A DNA stretch of 37,098 bases, taken from positions 1 to 37,098 of the IMG/VR virus record IMGVR_UViG_3300002103_000012; one strand, written 5' to 3'. A program made the position numbers and the translations under genes. The notes beneath the pieces were generated by a model. The model ran no database searches. It saw only the letters and a program-made list of their open reading frames with translations, and was not told where the DNA came from. The stretch is from a virus (taxonomy: Duplodnaviria; Caudoviricetes). Positions 19,864-29,328 of the stretch are shown piece after piece; within the stretch, counting starts at the first letter, position 1, and every line of letters starts with the position of its first letter.

Positions 19864-20319
19864 TTAAAACATTTCTAATACCCCTAGCGGGTCAAAATAA
19901 ACTATATAATGATCTATTTGATAGTATAATCCATATTTTTCTCTGTAATGCTGAATTGATTCTTCCAAAAAATTCTCTGTTATATTCAAATATTCAGCCA
20001 ATTCATGTCTACTTCTAGCGCGGTTTTTATGGGCATTAACGATATCCATTACGCCAACGAGCTTTTCATATCCCCAGTTCTTAGCTCTTTTTTCTTGTTT
20101 TATGTTTTCAATATCCTCTGAGTTTAATATATCACCGTAAGAGGTGTAATGATGTCCTATTTCCTCAGCCAAGATGCATCTTTTTTCTGCGTCAGTATCT
20201 ATAGAAGAGCTGATAGCAATAGCATTATCTGCATAAAGACCCTTAAATACGCCTTTAAAATTTACTTCTACTACTTCTACGCCATTTTTGTGGATTTCAT
20301 CTACTAAGTCTTCGTACAT
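19864..20319 (-). CDS. ImmA/IrrE-family metallopeptidase (anti-repressor protease)
   Basis: LAEEIGHH, QEKRAKNW; next to repressor. Confidence 0.92.
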   Translation of the reverse strand: MYEDLVDEIHKNGVEVVEVNFKGVFKGLYADNAIAISSSIDTDAEKRCILAEEIGHHYTSYGDILNSEDIENIKQEKRAKNWGYEKLVGVMDIVNAHKNRARSRHELAEYLNITENFLEESIQHYREKYGLYYQIDHYIVYFDPLGVLEMF

Positions 20320-20342
20320 GTCTATCCCCCCATAGATTTTAG

Positions 20343-20768
20343 TTATTTCTTCTTTTTAGAAAGTACAAATTTAATAAAATTTTCTATATCTTCTTTTTCA
20401 TTTTCTGTAAACTTTTCCCCTTCAAAATGAGCAGCGATGGTTGTTAATGAATCGGGTTTAAGATCCTTATTTGATTTATACACTTCATTTGTTTCGTAGA
20501 GAAAAGTGTCTTTAGCCATTTCATTTATTTTAAGCATAGAACCCATTGCTAAATTTAAGTTTTCTTTAGTAGCATAATCCTTAAAAAATTCCTCTACTTG
20601 AACGTTGAGAGCATTTGCTATTCTCTTTAAGACTTCAATAGACGGATTGTCCTTTATTCCTTTTTCTATATTGCTCAAATAGCTACCGCTAATTTTTGCT
20701 ATTCCAGCGGTCTTATTTAATCCCATTGATTTTGATTCTCTTATTTTTTTTATGTTTTCGCCTACCAC
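20343..20768 (-). CDS. Prophage repressor (CI/ImmR-like XRE)
   Basis: N-terminal HTH, C-terminal TIAAHFEGE motif typical of ImmA partners. Confidence 0.9.
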   Translation of the reverse strand: MVGENIKKIRESKSMGLNKTAGIAKISGSYLSNIEKGIKDNPSIEVLKRIANALNVQVEEFFKDYATKENLNLAMGSMLKINEMAKDTFLYETNEVYKSNKDLKPDSLTTIAAHFEGEKFTENEKEDIENFIKFVLSKKKK

Positions 20769-20788
20769 TTCAATAACCTCCGTTTATA

Positions 20789-20960
20789 TTATCTATTAGA
20801 ATACAATAATAATCCATTAGATAACGAAAGTCAACGATATTTTGAGAAAAACAAAGAAAATCATCCGACAGATAACGATAACATACGATAATCGCCATAA
20901 GAGGTGGAATATGGGATTTTAATTATCCATGAGATAATGATATCATTATCTCATGGATAA
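20789..20960. promoter_or_regulatory. Lysis/lysogeny switch: five operators TTATC-N5-GATAA and divergent promoters
   Basis: Sites at 20789, 20810, 20861, 20923, 20946; leftward TTGACT-17-TATTAT (20834-20806); rightward TTTAAT-17-TATCAT with extended TG (20918-20946). Confidence 0.85.
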
Positions 20961-20979
20961 CGAAACGGAGGTGAGTAAA

Positions 20980-21180
20980 GTGAATAAAATTAAATTTTAT
21001 AGAAATAATTTAAATTTATCAATTTATAAGATAGCAGAGCTTGCGGGGTTAACTGCAAGTTATATTTCCAATTTAGAAAATGATAATAGAACAAATCCAT
21101 CAAAGGAAACAATGCAAAAAATTTCTAATGCACTCGGTGAAAGTGTCCAAGCTATATTTTTCCCGAATGAAATAGAGTAA
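20980..21180 (+). CDS. Cro-like XRE regulator (GTG start; ORF track 20953)
   Basis: HTH LSIYKIAELAGLTASYISNLEN; RBS GGAGGTG; divergent from repressor. Confidence 0.9.
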   Translation: MNKIKFYRNNLNLSIYKIAELAGLTASYISNLENDNRTNPSKETMQKISNALGESVQAIFFPNEIE

Positions 21181-21192
21181 AGGGGGTTTAAA

Positions 21193-21495
21193 TTGGTTAC
21201 ATTATTAACACAGCAAGATTTAGCTAAAAGGTGGCAAGTTGCAGTTAAGTCCATAGAAAACTGCAGAAAAGACGGTATTATAACGGCAGTAAAGGGAGTA
21301 CCAGGTATTAGATTTACTCTAGAACAAATTGAAAATATAGAAGTGCTCAAATTAGAGAGATTTTCGCCATTAGAACGTAAAAAATTAGAAATGGAAAATG
21401 AAGAATTGAGGATAACCAATGAAAAGTTAAAGAAAATCATTGGTAATATATTATCAGAAAGTGCCAAGTTAATTGCTTTAGTTCCAACTTACTAA
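21193..21495 (+). CDS. Excisionase-like winged HTH protein
   Basis: LLTQQDLAKRWQV, IRF motif, coiled-coil tail. Confidence 0.65.
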   Translation: MVTLLTQQDLAKRWQVAVKSIENCRKDGIITAVKGVPGIRFTLEQIENIEVLKLERFSPLERKKLEMENEELRITNEKLKKIIGNILSESAKLIALVPTY

Positions 21496-21597
21496 TCATT
21501 TCTGCTATGAAACTATATACATATCTTAAATATTATACATCGCAATGGTGTAAAAGTCCCCAACAACGGGTAACAAATTATAAGGAGGGAAAGGGAA

Positions 21598-22278
21598 ATG
21601 AACCAATTAATAAATATCAAAAATGAAAATGGGCATCAAACAGTAAGTGCCAGGGAATTATATTTAGGGTTAGGACTAGATAAGTCAAATTGGTCAAGAT
21701 GGTATCCAACTAACATAATGGCTAATGAGTTCTTCAAAAGGGATTATGACTGGGTTCGTCTTAATGACGAGGGGAACGAAACGATAGATTTTGAAATAAC
21801 AGTTGATTTTGCAAAACACATAGCAATGATGTCTAAAGCTAAAAAGTCACATGAATACAGAAATTATTTTTTAATATGTGAAAAACAAGCGAAAGATGTA
21901 CAACCACAATTGAGTAAAGAAGTACAAGCTATATTTGTCCTTGATGAAAGAACAGTGAAAATTGAAAATAGGATGAATAAATTTGAAGATAATATGCCGC
22001 TCTTCAATGTTGAATGTAAAGAGCTGCAAGCATTAGTTAGAAAGATTGGTATAAAAGCATTAGGCGGATATAAAACTCCTGCATACAATGATAATTCAGT
22101 TAGAACAAAGATATATAAGGACATTCAGCACCAGCTTAAGCGTGAATTTGGAATTGAAAGGTATGAAGGTATTAAAAGGGTTCAGTTAGATGCTGCTAAA
22201 GCAATTGTAAATGATTATAAGGTGCCAATGTTTTTAGTAAAAGAAATTGAAATAATTAATGATCAAATAAGATTTTAA
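21598..22278 (+). CDS. Antirepressor (AntA/AntB N-terminus, ORF6C-like C-terminus)
   Basis: VSARELY, DFAKHIAM, YRNYF..CE; LKREFGI. Confidence 0.88.
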   Translation: MNQLINIKNENGHQTVSARELYLGLGLDKSNWSRWYPTNIMANEFFKRDYDWVRLNDEGNETIDFEITVDFAKHIAMMSKAKKSHEYRNYFLICEKQAKDVQPQLSKEVQAIFVLDERTVKIENRMNKFEDNMPLFNVECKELQALVRKIGIKALGGYKTPAYNDNSVRTKIYKDIQHQLKREFGIERYEGIKRVQLDAAKAIVNDYKVPMFLVKEIEIINDQIRF

Positions 22279-22293
22279 GGAGCTGAATTAATA

Positions 22294-22800
22294 ATGATTA
22301 AAAATAAAACCTTTATAAATGAGAGTAGGCTAGGAAGGTTAATACAAGCTAATCTTACTGGTACTAATATTGTAAATTTAAAAGATGATTGTTTTGAATA
22401 CTGTAACGGTCACTTATTCGTAACTTGCTCATATAACTTAGATTTAGTTATTCAAAAATTATTTAAGACAGGAGCAATTTCAAACTATAAAAACTGGACA
22501 CCCGAAAGATCTAATGACTTTAAAGGGACTTTCGATTGTAAAAGTGAAATTGAAGCAACTCAAACACCATATTTAAAAAAACTCAAGTCTACAGGGGAAC
22601 TGGCTAATATATTTCAAATTGGTAACAAATTTGTTAGTTATCAAAAGAGGTATATTGATATATTTGAAAACGTTCAATATAAAGTATCTGATGAAGGAGC
22701 ATTACCAAGTTTAAGAGTTTATGCCGACGAAAAACTTATAGGTTTTATAGCAGCGGTACGCGACCAATATGATTTACTAACTGAAATTATAGGCAGTTAA
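22294..22800 (+). CDS. Hypothetical protein
   Basis: 168 aa ORF with AAGGAG RBS in early operon. Confidence 0.75.
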   Translation: MIKNKTFINESRLGRLIQANLTGTNIVNLKDDCFEYCNGHLFVTCSYNLDLVIQKLFKTGAISNYKNWTPERSNDFKGTFDCKSEIEATQTPYLKKLKSTGELANIFQIGNKFVSYQKRYIDIFENVQYKVSDEGALPSLRVYADEKLIGFIAAVRDQYDLLTEIIGS

Positions 22801-22801
22801 A

Positions 22802-22987
22802 ATGGATAAGGTAATTTGCATGGTTTGCAATAGGCCTCTTAAGGATCCATTAAGCAGAAAAATTAAATGTGGACCTAAATGTTTGAAAATTCTTAATGAA
22901 GCTAGGGAAATGTATAAATCTAAAAGTAAGAATCATAAAAGGATTGAAATAAAAGGCCAGACCAATATTTTTAAGGAGGTAATGTAA
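22802..22987 (+). CDS. Small zinc-finger protein (DUF6011-like)
   Basis: CMVCNRPLKDPLS...CGPKC. Confidence 0.7.
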   Translation: MDKVICMVCNRPLKDPLSRKIKCGPKCLKILNEAREMYKSKSKNHKRIEIKGQTNIFKEVM

Positions 22988-23172
22988 TGTCAAAGAAAAT
23001 TATAGAGCAAATGGTTGGACAAGTCATTACAGATGCAGAATTTGCAATAATAATGGAAATAGCAACAGATGATATTAAATTTAATAGAATTAGTTTTAAA
23101 AAATATACAAGCCTAGATTATGTATTGGATATAGCAGCAAAGAGTGCATTGATATTTAAAATGTGTGCATAG
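22987..23172 (+). CDS. Hypothetical protein
   Basis: Coupled ORF with AAGGAGG. Confidence 0.75.
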   Translation: MSKKIIEQMVGQVITDAEFAIIMEIATDDIKFNRISFKKYTSLDYVLDIAAKSALIFKMCA

Positions 23173-23187
23173 AGAGAAGGTGAGAAA

Positions 23188-23484
23188 GTGCTGGAAGAAC
23201 TAGATACACCAATAGAATACGATAAATATGGTCGCATGAGTTACAATCCCATATTCCATGAAAGTAATGGAAAGCCTTGGCATATGGAGGATACTAAATA
23301 TTTAATTGACTGGTATGACATTATAGGTCCCGAAGAAACAAGCTTTGCGATAGATAGAACTATAAAATCGGTGATGCATAAAGTTACCCTGCTGCGCAAA
23401 GATGGCAAAATGAAAAAAACTTTAAAAAATGTTAATACTAAGAGAATAAAAAAGAACCCTTTGGCGAGGGCCCAATCAAAATAA
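23188..23484 (+). CDS. Hypothetical protein, Myb/HTH-like
   Basis: GRMSYNPIFH...KPW..EDTKYL...DRTIKSV. Confidence 0.7.
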   Translation: MLEELDTPIEYDKYGRMSYNPIFHESNGKPWHMEDTKYLIDWYDIIGPEETSFAIDRTIKSVMHKVTLLRKDGKMKKTLKNVNTKRIKKNPLARAQSK

Positions 23485-23535
23485 TTCAAGAACATTATAA
23501 CATGACAAAGATAAATAAATCAATGGAGGTAGAAA

Positions 23536-24003
23536 ATGAAAAAACAAATAATAGGATATGTTACCGGAGTTATCAATAGCTATTCAAGGACCATAGAACG
23601 ACTAAAAGCAAGTGGGGCACCAATTATATCAACTAACTCATTTCAGGCATTTAAAGAAGAATTTACTGACTTACTAGAGTTTGTAATAGATATTCCAGAA
23701 CAAAATAAAGAAGCAGCAATGCTAAGTTTTAATGTTGCATTGCGGAATGAAGATTTGAAGAAAAGAATTTTAGAACTTGAAGAGAGTTGTGAGGACATGT
23801 GTGAAATTGAGAAAAACTTGCATAAGAGAATCAAGGCATTAACTGATAATAATGAAGCATTAGATAGTAATTGCAATGTATTAATGAATCAAAATAATAA
23901 ACTAATAAAAATAAATTTTGGACTTACAAACTGTAATAAGAATCAATTTCAAATGATTAGAAAGTTACGTTATAGAAATAAATCACATACAATGACATTT
24001 TAA
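23536..24003 (+). CDS. Hypothetical coiled-coil protein
   Basis: GGAGG RBS; heptad pattern. Confidence 0.7.
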   Translation: MKKQIIGYVTGVINSYSRTIERLKASGAPIISTNSFQAFKEEFTDLLEFVIDIPEQNKEAAMLSFNVALRNEDLKKRILELEESCEDMCEIEKNLHKRIKALTDNNEALDSNCNVLMNQNNKLIKINFGLTNCNKNQFQMIRKLRYRNKSHTMTF

Positions 24004-24031
24004 TTTAAATGAATCATTATGGAGGGACGAT

Positions 24032-24883
24032 ATGGCACAAAGAAGAATGTTTAGCTTAAAAATTATAAATTCGGCAAGATTTTTAAAAATGCCTGTAAGT
24101 TCTCAACTACTATATTTCCATTTGGGATTGAACGCAGATGATGATGGAGTGGTTGAAGGATATAACGTAATAAGAATGACAAATTGCACTGAAGATGATT
24201 TGAAAATACTTGTAGCAAAAGAATTGGTAATAGTTTTAAATTTGGATTTAGTATCTTATATAACTGATTGGCAAGAACACAATCTAATAAGGCCGGATAG
24301 AAAAATAGATAGTATTTATAAGAATTTATTATTGCAAATGGTTACTGAAGTTAAATTGCTAGAATCTAAACCTAGATCAGATTTAAAACCAAAAAAAACT
24401 GTAAAAAGTAATGGACAACAAATGGACAACCATTGGACAACCATTGGTCTGCATAGGATAGGTAAGGTTAGGATAGGTAAGGTTAGGTTAGATAAGGTTA
24501 AGTTAGGTAAGTTTAGGTTAATCTTAAGCAAAAGAAAACCAATTAAAGTTGAAAGTAACAGTAAATTAAAATTAATAATGGACAAATGGAACTTACTAAA
24601 TTTGTCTAAAATAATAAATATAAAGGGTAGTAGGCTAAAACTCGTAAACGCTAGAGTTAAAGAATACAAAATAGAAGTTGTGTTAAAGGCTATAGAAAGT
24701 ATAAGTACAAGCAGCTTTTTAAAAGGACAGAATAATACCAGCTGGGTTATATCTTTTGATTGGTTCATTAAACCTAATAATTTTATAAAAGTACTAGAGG
24801 GTAATTATATAGATAAAGGGGCGAAGGTGAAGAATGAAACAAATAGGAACAATTCTGAATTGTACACAAGAGACAAGTTCTAG
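24032..24883 (+). CDS. Replication initiator / replisome organizer
   Basis: MAQRRMFS, LLYFHLGLNADDDG, C-terminal FDWF.KPNNF.KVLEGNY; internal repeats. Confidence 0.9.
   Translation: MAQRRMFSLKIINSARFLKMPVSSQLLYFHLGLNADDDGVVEGYNVIRMTNCTEDDLKILVAKELVIVLNLDLVSYITDWQEHNLIRPDRKIDSIYKNLLLQMVTEVKLLESKPRSDLKPKKTVKSNGQQMDNHWTTIGLHRIGKVRIGKVRLDKVKLGKFRLILSKRKPIKVESNSKLKLIMDKWNLLNLSKIINIKGSRLKLVNARVKEYKIEVVLKAIESISTSSFLKGQNNTSWVISFDWFIKPNNFIKVLEGNYIDKGAKVKNETNRNNSELYTRDKF
24410..24520 (+). repeat. Iteron-like repeats (probable origin) inside initiator gene
   Basis: TGGACAAC at 24412, 24423, 24434 (11-bp period); then 15-bp repeats AGGATAGGTAAGGTT decaying over 24455-24520. Confidence 0.8.
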
Positions 24884-25763
24884 TGAAATAATTCATTGTA
24901 CTAATTCACAGGCAATAAAAGCTGGGAAACATTTGATAAAAACCTCAACTATAAAATGTGAATTTTGTAATAGAGAACTTGAACAAATAGGCTTTTACCT
25001 TACGAATTCTATATTTTCTAAAGGCTGGCTGTCCAGGGGAAACTATGAAAGATGTACTTGTAAAAAATCTGAAAAACAATGGATAGACTTCGACATAGAA
25101 GCACAATTAAAAAAAGAAAAAGCAGAAACAGATGAAGCAGCAAATCAGTCTAGAGAAAGACTTGAAAGAATGATAAAGCAAAGTAATTTGGGTGAAAGAT
25201 TTAGAACTCGAACCTTTGAAACCTATAAAATATCTAATGAAAACAATAAGCCCTACACAATTTGCAAAAGATATGCTGAAAAATTTAAAGAATTGCAAAT
25301 TAAGGGGATAGGGTTATTAGTGACTGGGAACTATGGAGCAGGTAAAACGCATTTAGCAGCAGCAATAGCACATGAATTAATAAAACAAGGTTATCAACCT
25401 ATATTCGGAACATTGATAACTCTTCTTGGAAAGATTAAAGCAAGTTATGGGGATTCATGCTCTAAAGAAACAGAGGAAAAAATAATCAATAGATATATAA
25501 ATTGTGACTTATTAATCATAGATGATTTGGGGAAAGAAAAACCTACTGAATGGGTCCTTGAAAAATTATATTATGTTGTAAATTGTAGGTATGAAAATAA
25601 TAAACCTATTATAATAACTAGCAATTACAATGATACAAAATTAATGGACAGGCTAACTGTTGGTGACAACTTAGAAACCTCAGAGGCAATAGTATCTCGA
25701 ATGTATGAAATGTGTCAAGGTGTGAATATGCAAGGGTGCAAAGACTACAGAAGGGGATTTTAA
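24834..25763 (+). CDS. DnaC/IstB-like helicase loader ATPase
   Basis: GNYGAGKTHL, LLIIDDLGKE, IITSN, SR.YEMC. Confidence 0.92.
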   Translation: MKQIGTILNCTQETSSSEIIHCTNSQAIKAGKHLIKTSTIKCEFCNRELEQIGFYLTNSIFSKGWLSRGNYERCTCKKSEKQWIDFDIEAQLKKEKAETDEAANQSRERLERMIKQSNLGERFRTRTFETYKISNENNKPYTICKRYAEKFKELQIKGIGLLVTGNYGAGKTHLAAAIAHELIKQGYQPIFGTLITLLGKIKASYGDSCSKETEEKIINRYINCDLLIIDDLGKEKPTEWVLEKLYYVVNCRYENNKPIIITSNYNDTKLMDRLTVGDNLETSEAIVSRMYEMCQGVNMQGCKDYRRGF

Positions 25764-25766
25764 AAA

Positions 25767-25970
25767 GTGACTAATAAAGAAATATTCACATTAGAAGAGA
25801 TTGCAGAGGATGTAGATAAGCTAATTAAAATATTTTTAGAAATGAAAGCAGTTACTAGATATAAAACTGGAGAAGAATTTAATATACAAAGGCTAAGTTT
25901 ATGGGCCTATAATGTCAAAAAAAAAGAAAGAGAGCGAGTGAGAAAATGTATTTTGAAGAATTATCTATAG
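25767..25970 (+). CDS. Hypothetical protein
   Basis: Contiguous ORF, GTG start. Confidence 0.6.
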   Translation: MTNKEIFTLEEIAEDVDKLIKIFLEMKAVTRYKTGEEFNIQRLSLWAYNVKKKERERVRKCILKNYL

Positions 25971-26086
25971 AAGAAAAGGTTGAAGCTACTCTTCTTTATT
26001 TTAAAAATAAAGATGCAGCAAGAATTAAAGGACAAAATGAAGCGGACAGATATATAAAAAAATCTTGTAGGAGAAGACAACAATAA
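25946..26086 (+). CDS. Hypothetical 46 aa protein (not in ORF track)
   Basis: MYFEELSIEEKVEATLLYFKNKDAARIKGQNEADRYIKKSCRRRQQ fills the gap. Confidence 0.5.
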   Translation: MYFEELSIEEKVEATLLYFKNKDAARIKGQNEADRYIKKSCRRRQQ

Positions 26087-26105
26087 ATATTGGAGGGGTA
26101 AAATC

Positions 26106-26402
26106 ATGAGCGGTAGAATAAGTGCTTTAAAAAATAAAATAAGTAAATTACAAATAAAAATAATAGCGTTAGGTAGTACTTTAAGTGCAGAACATGTAAA
26201 AGCACAAGAAAAAGAAATAATTGAACTAAAACAAGAAGGACAATGTAAGCAATTAATTATTGATAGCTTAGAGTATCAACTTGATAGATCAAATAAAGCT
26301 TTAAAAGATGCATATGAAAATATAGTCAGGATGAACTGTCTCCTTAAGGATATAGAAAATAAGAAAATCAAAAATAGACTTAGAAAATTAATATTTGGTT
26401 AA
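26106..26402 (+). CDS. Hypothetical coiled-coil protein
   Basis: GGAGGGG RBS. Confidence 0.7.
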   Translation: MSGRISALKNKISKLQIKIIALGSTLSAEHVKAQEKEIIELKQEGQCKQLIIDSLEYQLDRSNKALKDAYENIVRMNCLLKDIENKKIKNRLRKLIFG

Positions 26403-26461
26403 GTCGGACTTGCCTTCATAGGGTGAAGTAATAAATTAAAATTTGAAAGGGGTAAATTATT

Positions 26462-27208
26462 ATGAGTTTAGAAAATGGAATAAAAGATATTATAACCAAG
26501 AAATTAGAGGATGGAACTATTGAAAAATTAATTGGCGAACAATTAGAAAGAGGAATTCAAAAAGCACTTGATAACATATTAGGAAACTACGGTGATGTTA
26601 CTAAAGTTATTGAAGAAAAAGTTAAATCTGTTATGATCCCATATCTTGAAGGCTACGATTATAGCAAATATATTGTTAAGTTGGATTCTATTTTAGTTGA
26701 TGTATTAAAAAGCTCAGCATTAGAAAATAAAAAATTATTGACAAATTTTAAAGAGTTAATGGTTGCGGATGAAAAAAAGAAAAGTATTAAAAGTTCTGAA
26801 TTATTTGAAAAATGGAAGGAATATGTACAAAAAAATGTAGAAACTTCTGAATTAGAGGTTGAGTATGATGATGGTCCTAGCTACGAGGCAGTTGAGGTTA
26901 CATTAACGGTTGATGAGGATAATAGCAGAAGTTGGAGCTCATTTGAATATGCAACATTAGTGCTTGAATGTGAAAAAGATGAAGATATGAATTTTGCTAT
27001 AAGGCTCAGTAAATATAACAAAGAAAAAGATGCAAAGTGGGATATATCTTATGATACTACTCATAAGATAAGTTCTTTAAGATACTTAAATGAATTTGAA
27101 ATATTTTTAATGAAATTAGCTCAAAACAACACAACTTTAGATATGGATATAACAGATGATGGCGATGAAATTACACCAGATGCAGAGCCAGAAGCTTCAT
27201 ACAATTAA
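26462..27208 (+). CDS. Hypothetical acidic phage protein
   Basis: 248 aa ORF with RBS. Confidence 0.8.
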   Translation: MSLENGIKDIITKKLEDGTIEKLIGEQLERGIQKALDNILGNYGDVTKVIEEKVKSVMIPYLEGYDYSKYIVKLDSILVDVLKSSALENKKLLTNFKELMVADEKKKSIKSSELFEKWKEYVQKNVETSELEVEYDDGPSYEAVEVTLTVDEDNSRSWSSFEYATLVLECEKDEDMNFAIRLSKYNKEKDAKWDISYDTTHKISSLRYLNEFEIFLMKLAQNNTTLDMDITDDGDEITPDAEPEASYN

Positions 27209-27234
27209 TATTAAAAATTAGGGAGGATATAAAT

Positions 27235-27405
27235 ATGAAACCAAAAGCAAGTGGATTAGATAATAAAGGCAAATTATATGTAGATTGCGCAGAGTGCCAA
27301 CGTGGCGGCAATGGAGATAAAGATTGTTCAGCAGGAGCAGATCATAAAAAAATCCATAAAGGAATGTGTTTTTGTGGAAGGTTGTTAGAAAGATATTCCT
27401 TGTAA
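27235..27405 (+). CDS. Small Cys-rich protein, 56 aa (not in ORF track)
   Basis: MKPKASGLDNKGKLYVDCAECQRGGNGDKDCSAG...GMCFCG; GGGAGG RBS. Confidence 0.75.
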   Translation: MKPKASGLDNKGKLYVDCAECQRGGNGDKDCSAGADHKKIHKGMCFCGRLLERYSL

Positions 27406-27428
27406 TTATTTAAGAGGAGGAAAAAAGC

Positions 27429-27794
27429 ATGTCAAATAAAGCAATTCAAAAATTAAAAGCTGAAATGGATAGCAACAAAAATAACTCATATATTCAGGTG
27501 GTTGGAGAGTTTCTTCTCCAGCACCTTCAGGACAACCCTAGTAATGCAGAAAGAATCATTCAAGAAGGAAAAACTATTGGACAAAGTTTAAATGAAATGA
27601 AGAAGGCAGCTGAAAAAAAGAAGGTTGGAAATTGCGCGGTACTTTCTGATCAAGAAGGATTTAAAGTAGTTCTAGAATATTTTGGTATCAAAGGAGCTGT
27701 TTCAAGTGTTATTCCAAAGCCAATAGAAGTTATTAAGGTTAATGCAGCACTAGATAAAAAACCTATTGAATTTAATATTGAACTTGATTTTTAA
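27429..27794 (+). CDS. PcfK-like protein (family that includes AcrIIA9)
   Basis: GKTIGQSLNEMKKAAEK..GNCAVLSDQEGF..VLEYF; directly upstream of PcfJ-like gene. Confidence 0.7.
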   Translation: MSNKAIQKLKAEMDSNKNNSYIQVVGEFLLQHLQDNPSNAERIIQEGKTIGQSLNEMKKAAEKKKVGNCAVLSDQEGFKVVLEYFGIKGAVSSVIPKPIEVIKVNAALDKKPIEFNIELDF

Positions 27795-27807
27795 GGGGGA
27801 AAGCAAA

Positions 27808-29316
27808 GTGTATGAGGATTATTTAAAACATACCTCAGATGAAATAACCGAGGAAATAGAGAAATTTACAACAGATATAGTATTTGAAAATAGTGTATAT
27901 ATCTTCACTACTAGAATTGATAAAAAAGAAAAAGGATATTGTACTCACTGCAAGGCTGAATTTAAAACAGACAAATTAAAGCATAATTCGAAATGTAAAT
28001 GTCCTAGTTGTGGTAGTAACTGTACGGTTAAACAATCCTGGAGAGGACATAAAGGCCTACATGACCAAGCGTGTTTTGTATACTATATGAAATCCAAAAT
28101 AGATCCTAATATTTTAATAGCTAAAGGATATTATGCGGTAAGAAATTATAACGGAGATTACAGAGATGTATATAATCAGTATTGCTTAGAAGCTTTGTAT
28201 GTTTTTGATATTAAAAATAATAAATCTACAATGTTTAAAAAAAGCTGGTATGGAAATGGAGAATTTAATGAAACTAAAACAATTTATAACTTTAATATAA
28301 ATAGTTTAGCAAGGCATGATTTCACTTATTCATATAAAAACATTGAAAATGCGATTAAAGATACAGGATTTAAATACAGTCCATATGAAGAGTATACAGG
28401 TTGTACTATGTTAAAGTTCTTCGATTTATATTCCAAATATCCAATAATTGAACAAATAACTAAAGTAGGATTAAAAGAATTAATTAGTAGTAAGTTAAAG
28501 GGTTATGGAACGTACAAGGCTATCAATTGGAATGGTAAGGATTTGTTTAAAATGCTAAAGATTAATAGAAAGGATCTTAAAGATATTAAGGAATCAGAAG
28601 TTTTAGTTAGTCCGCTATTTCTCAAAGTATATCAGTTATCAAAAAAGTATAAGTCTAACTTAAGCCCAAAGGAAGTTAAGGATGTAGAATTTTTAGTCAA
28701 TAACAACTTAGATGACTTCTTAAAAATATTAAAACTTACTACTTTTACAAAAGCCTGTAATTATATAAAAAAACAGCAAAATGTTAAAAGGAAAGAGTTG
28801 TATATAAATATTATAAGTACATGGAGAGACTACATAGCTGATTGTATAAAGCTAGACATGAACTTAACGGAAACCAATGTACTATTCCCCAAGGATATAT
28901 ATGCAGCTCATCAGAATACTATCAAGCAGATAAAAATAACAGCAGATATGTCACTAAATATAGCAATAAGCAAAAGATTAAAAATTCTTGATAAATATAT
29001 ATTTGAAATTAACGGTTTACTAATAAGACCGGCACATGATTCATTAGAACTGTTGGAAGAAGGCAAAGCACTTACTCATTGTGTAGGAGGCTATGCAGGA
29101 AAATATGCAAAAGGAGAAACTAATATATTTTTTATACGCAAAGTTTCTGAACCAAACAAGTCTTATTACACGATAGAAATTAAAAAAGATATTATCCATC
29201 AAGTCCACGGGAAAAATAATCGTTCTCCAAGTGAGGATGTACAGGAATTTATTAAAGTGTTTACAGAAGAAAAATTAAATAAAAAGATTATTAAAAATAT
29301 AAAAATATCCGCTTAA
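27808..29316 (+). CDS. PcfJ-domain protein (GTG start; ORF track 27766)
   Basis: CTHC...CPSC zinc motifs, WRDY, FPKD..AAH, EG..LTHCVGGY, IFFIRK, YYTIE. Confidence 0.9.
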   Translation: MYEDYLKHTSDEITEEIEKFTTDIVFENSVYIFTTRIDKKEKGYCTHCKAEFKTDKLKHNSKCKCPSCGSNCTVKQSWRGHKGLHDQACFVYYMKSKIDPNILIAKGYYAVRNYNGDYRDVYNQYCLEALYVFDIKNNKSTMFKKSWYGNGEFNETKTIYNFNINSLARHDFTYSYKNIENAIKDTGFKYSPYEEYTGCTMLKFFDLYSKYPIIEQITKVGLKELISSKLKGYGTYKAINWNGKDLFKMLKINRKDLKDIKESEVLVSPLFLKVYQLSKKYKSNLSPKEVKDVEFLVNNNLDDFLKILKLTTFTKACNYIKKQQNVKRKELYINIISTWRDYIADCIKLDMNLTETNVLFPKDIYAAHQNTIKQIKITADMSLNIAISKRLKILDKYIFEINGLLIRPAHDSLELLEEGKALTHCVGGYAGKYAKGETNIFFIRKVSEPNKSYYTIEIKKDIIHQVHGKNNRSPSEDVQEFIKVFTEEKLNKKIIKNIKISA

Positions 29317-29328
29317 TTTGAGGAGGAA

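Noticed and set aside
20769-20979. LexA (GAAC-N4-GTTC) control of the switch
   Set aside because: No such box seen; ImmA protease explains induction
24410-24520. CRISPR-like array
   Set aside because: Repeats are tandem, coding and have no spacers
26430-27228. TAAATTAAAATTTG / TATTAAAAATTAG motifs flanking one gene as a second cassette family
   Set aside because: Nearly pure AT, indistinguishable from background by eye
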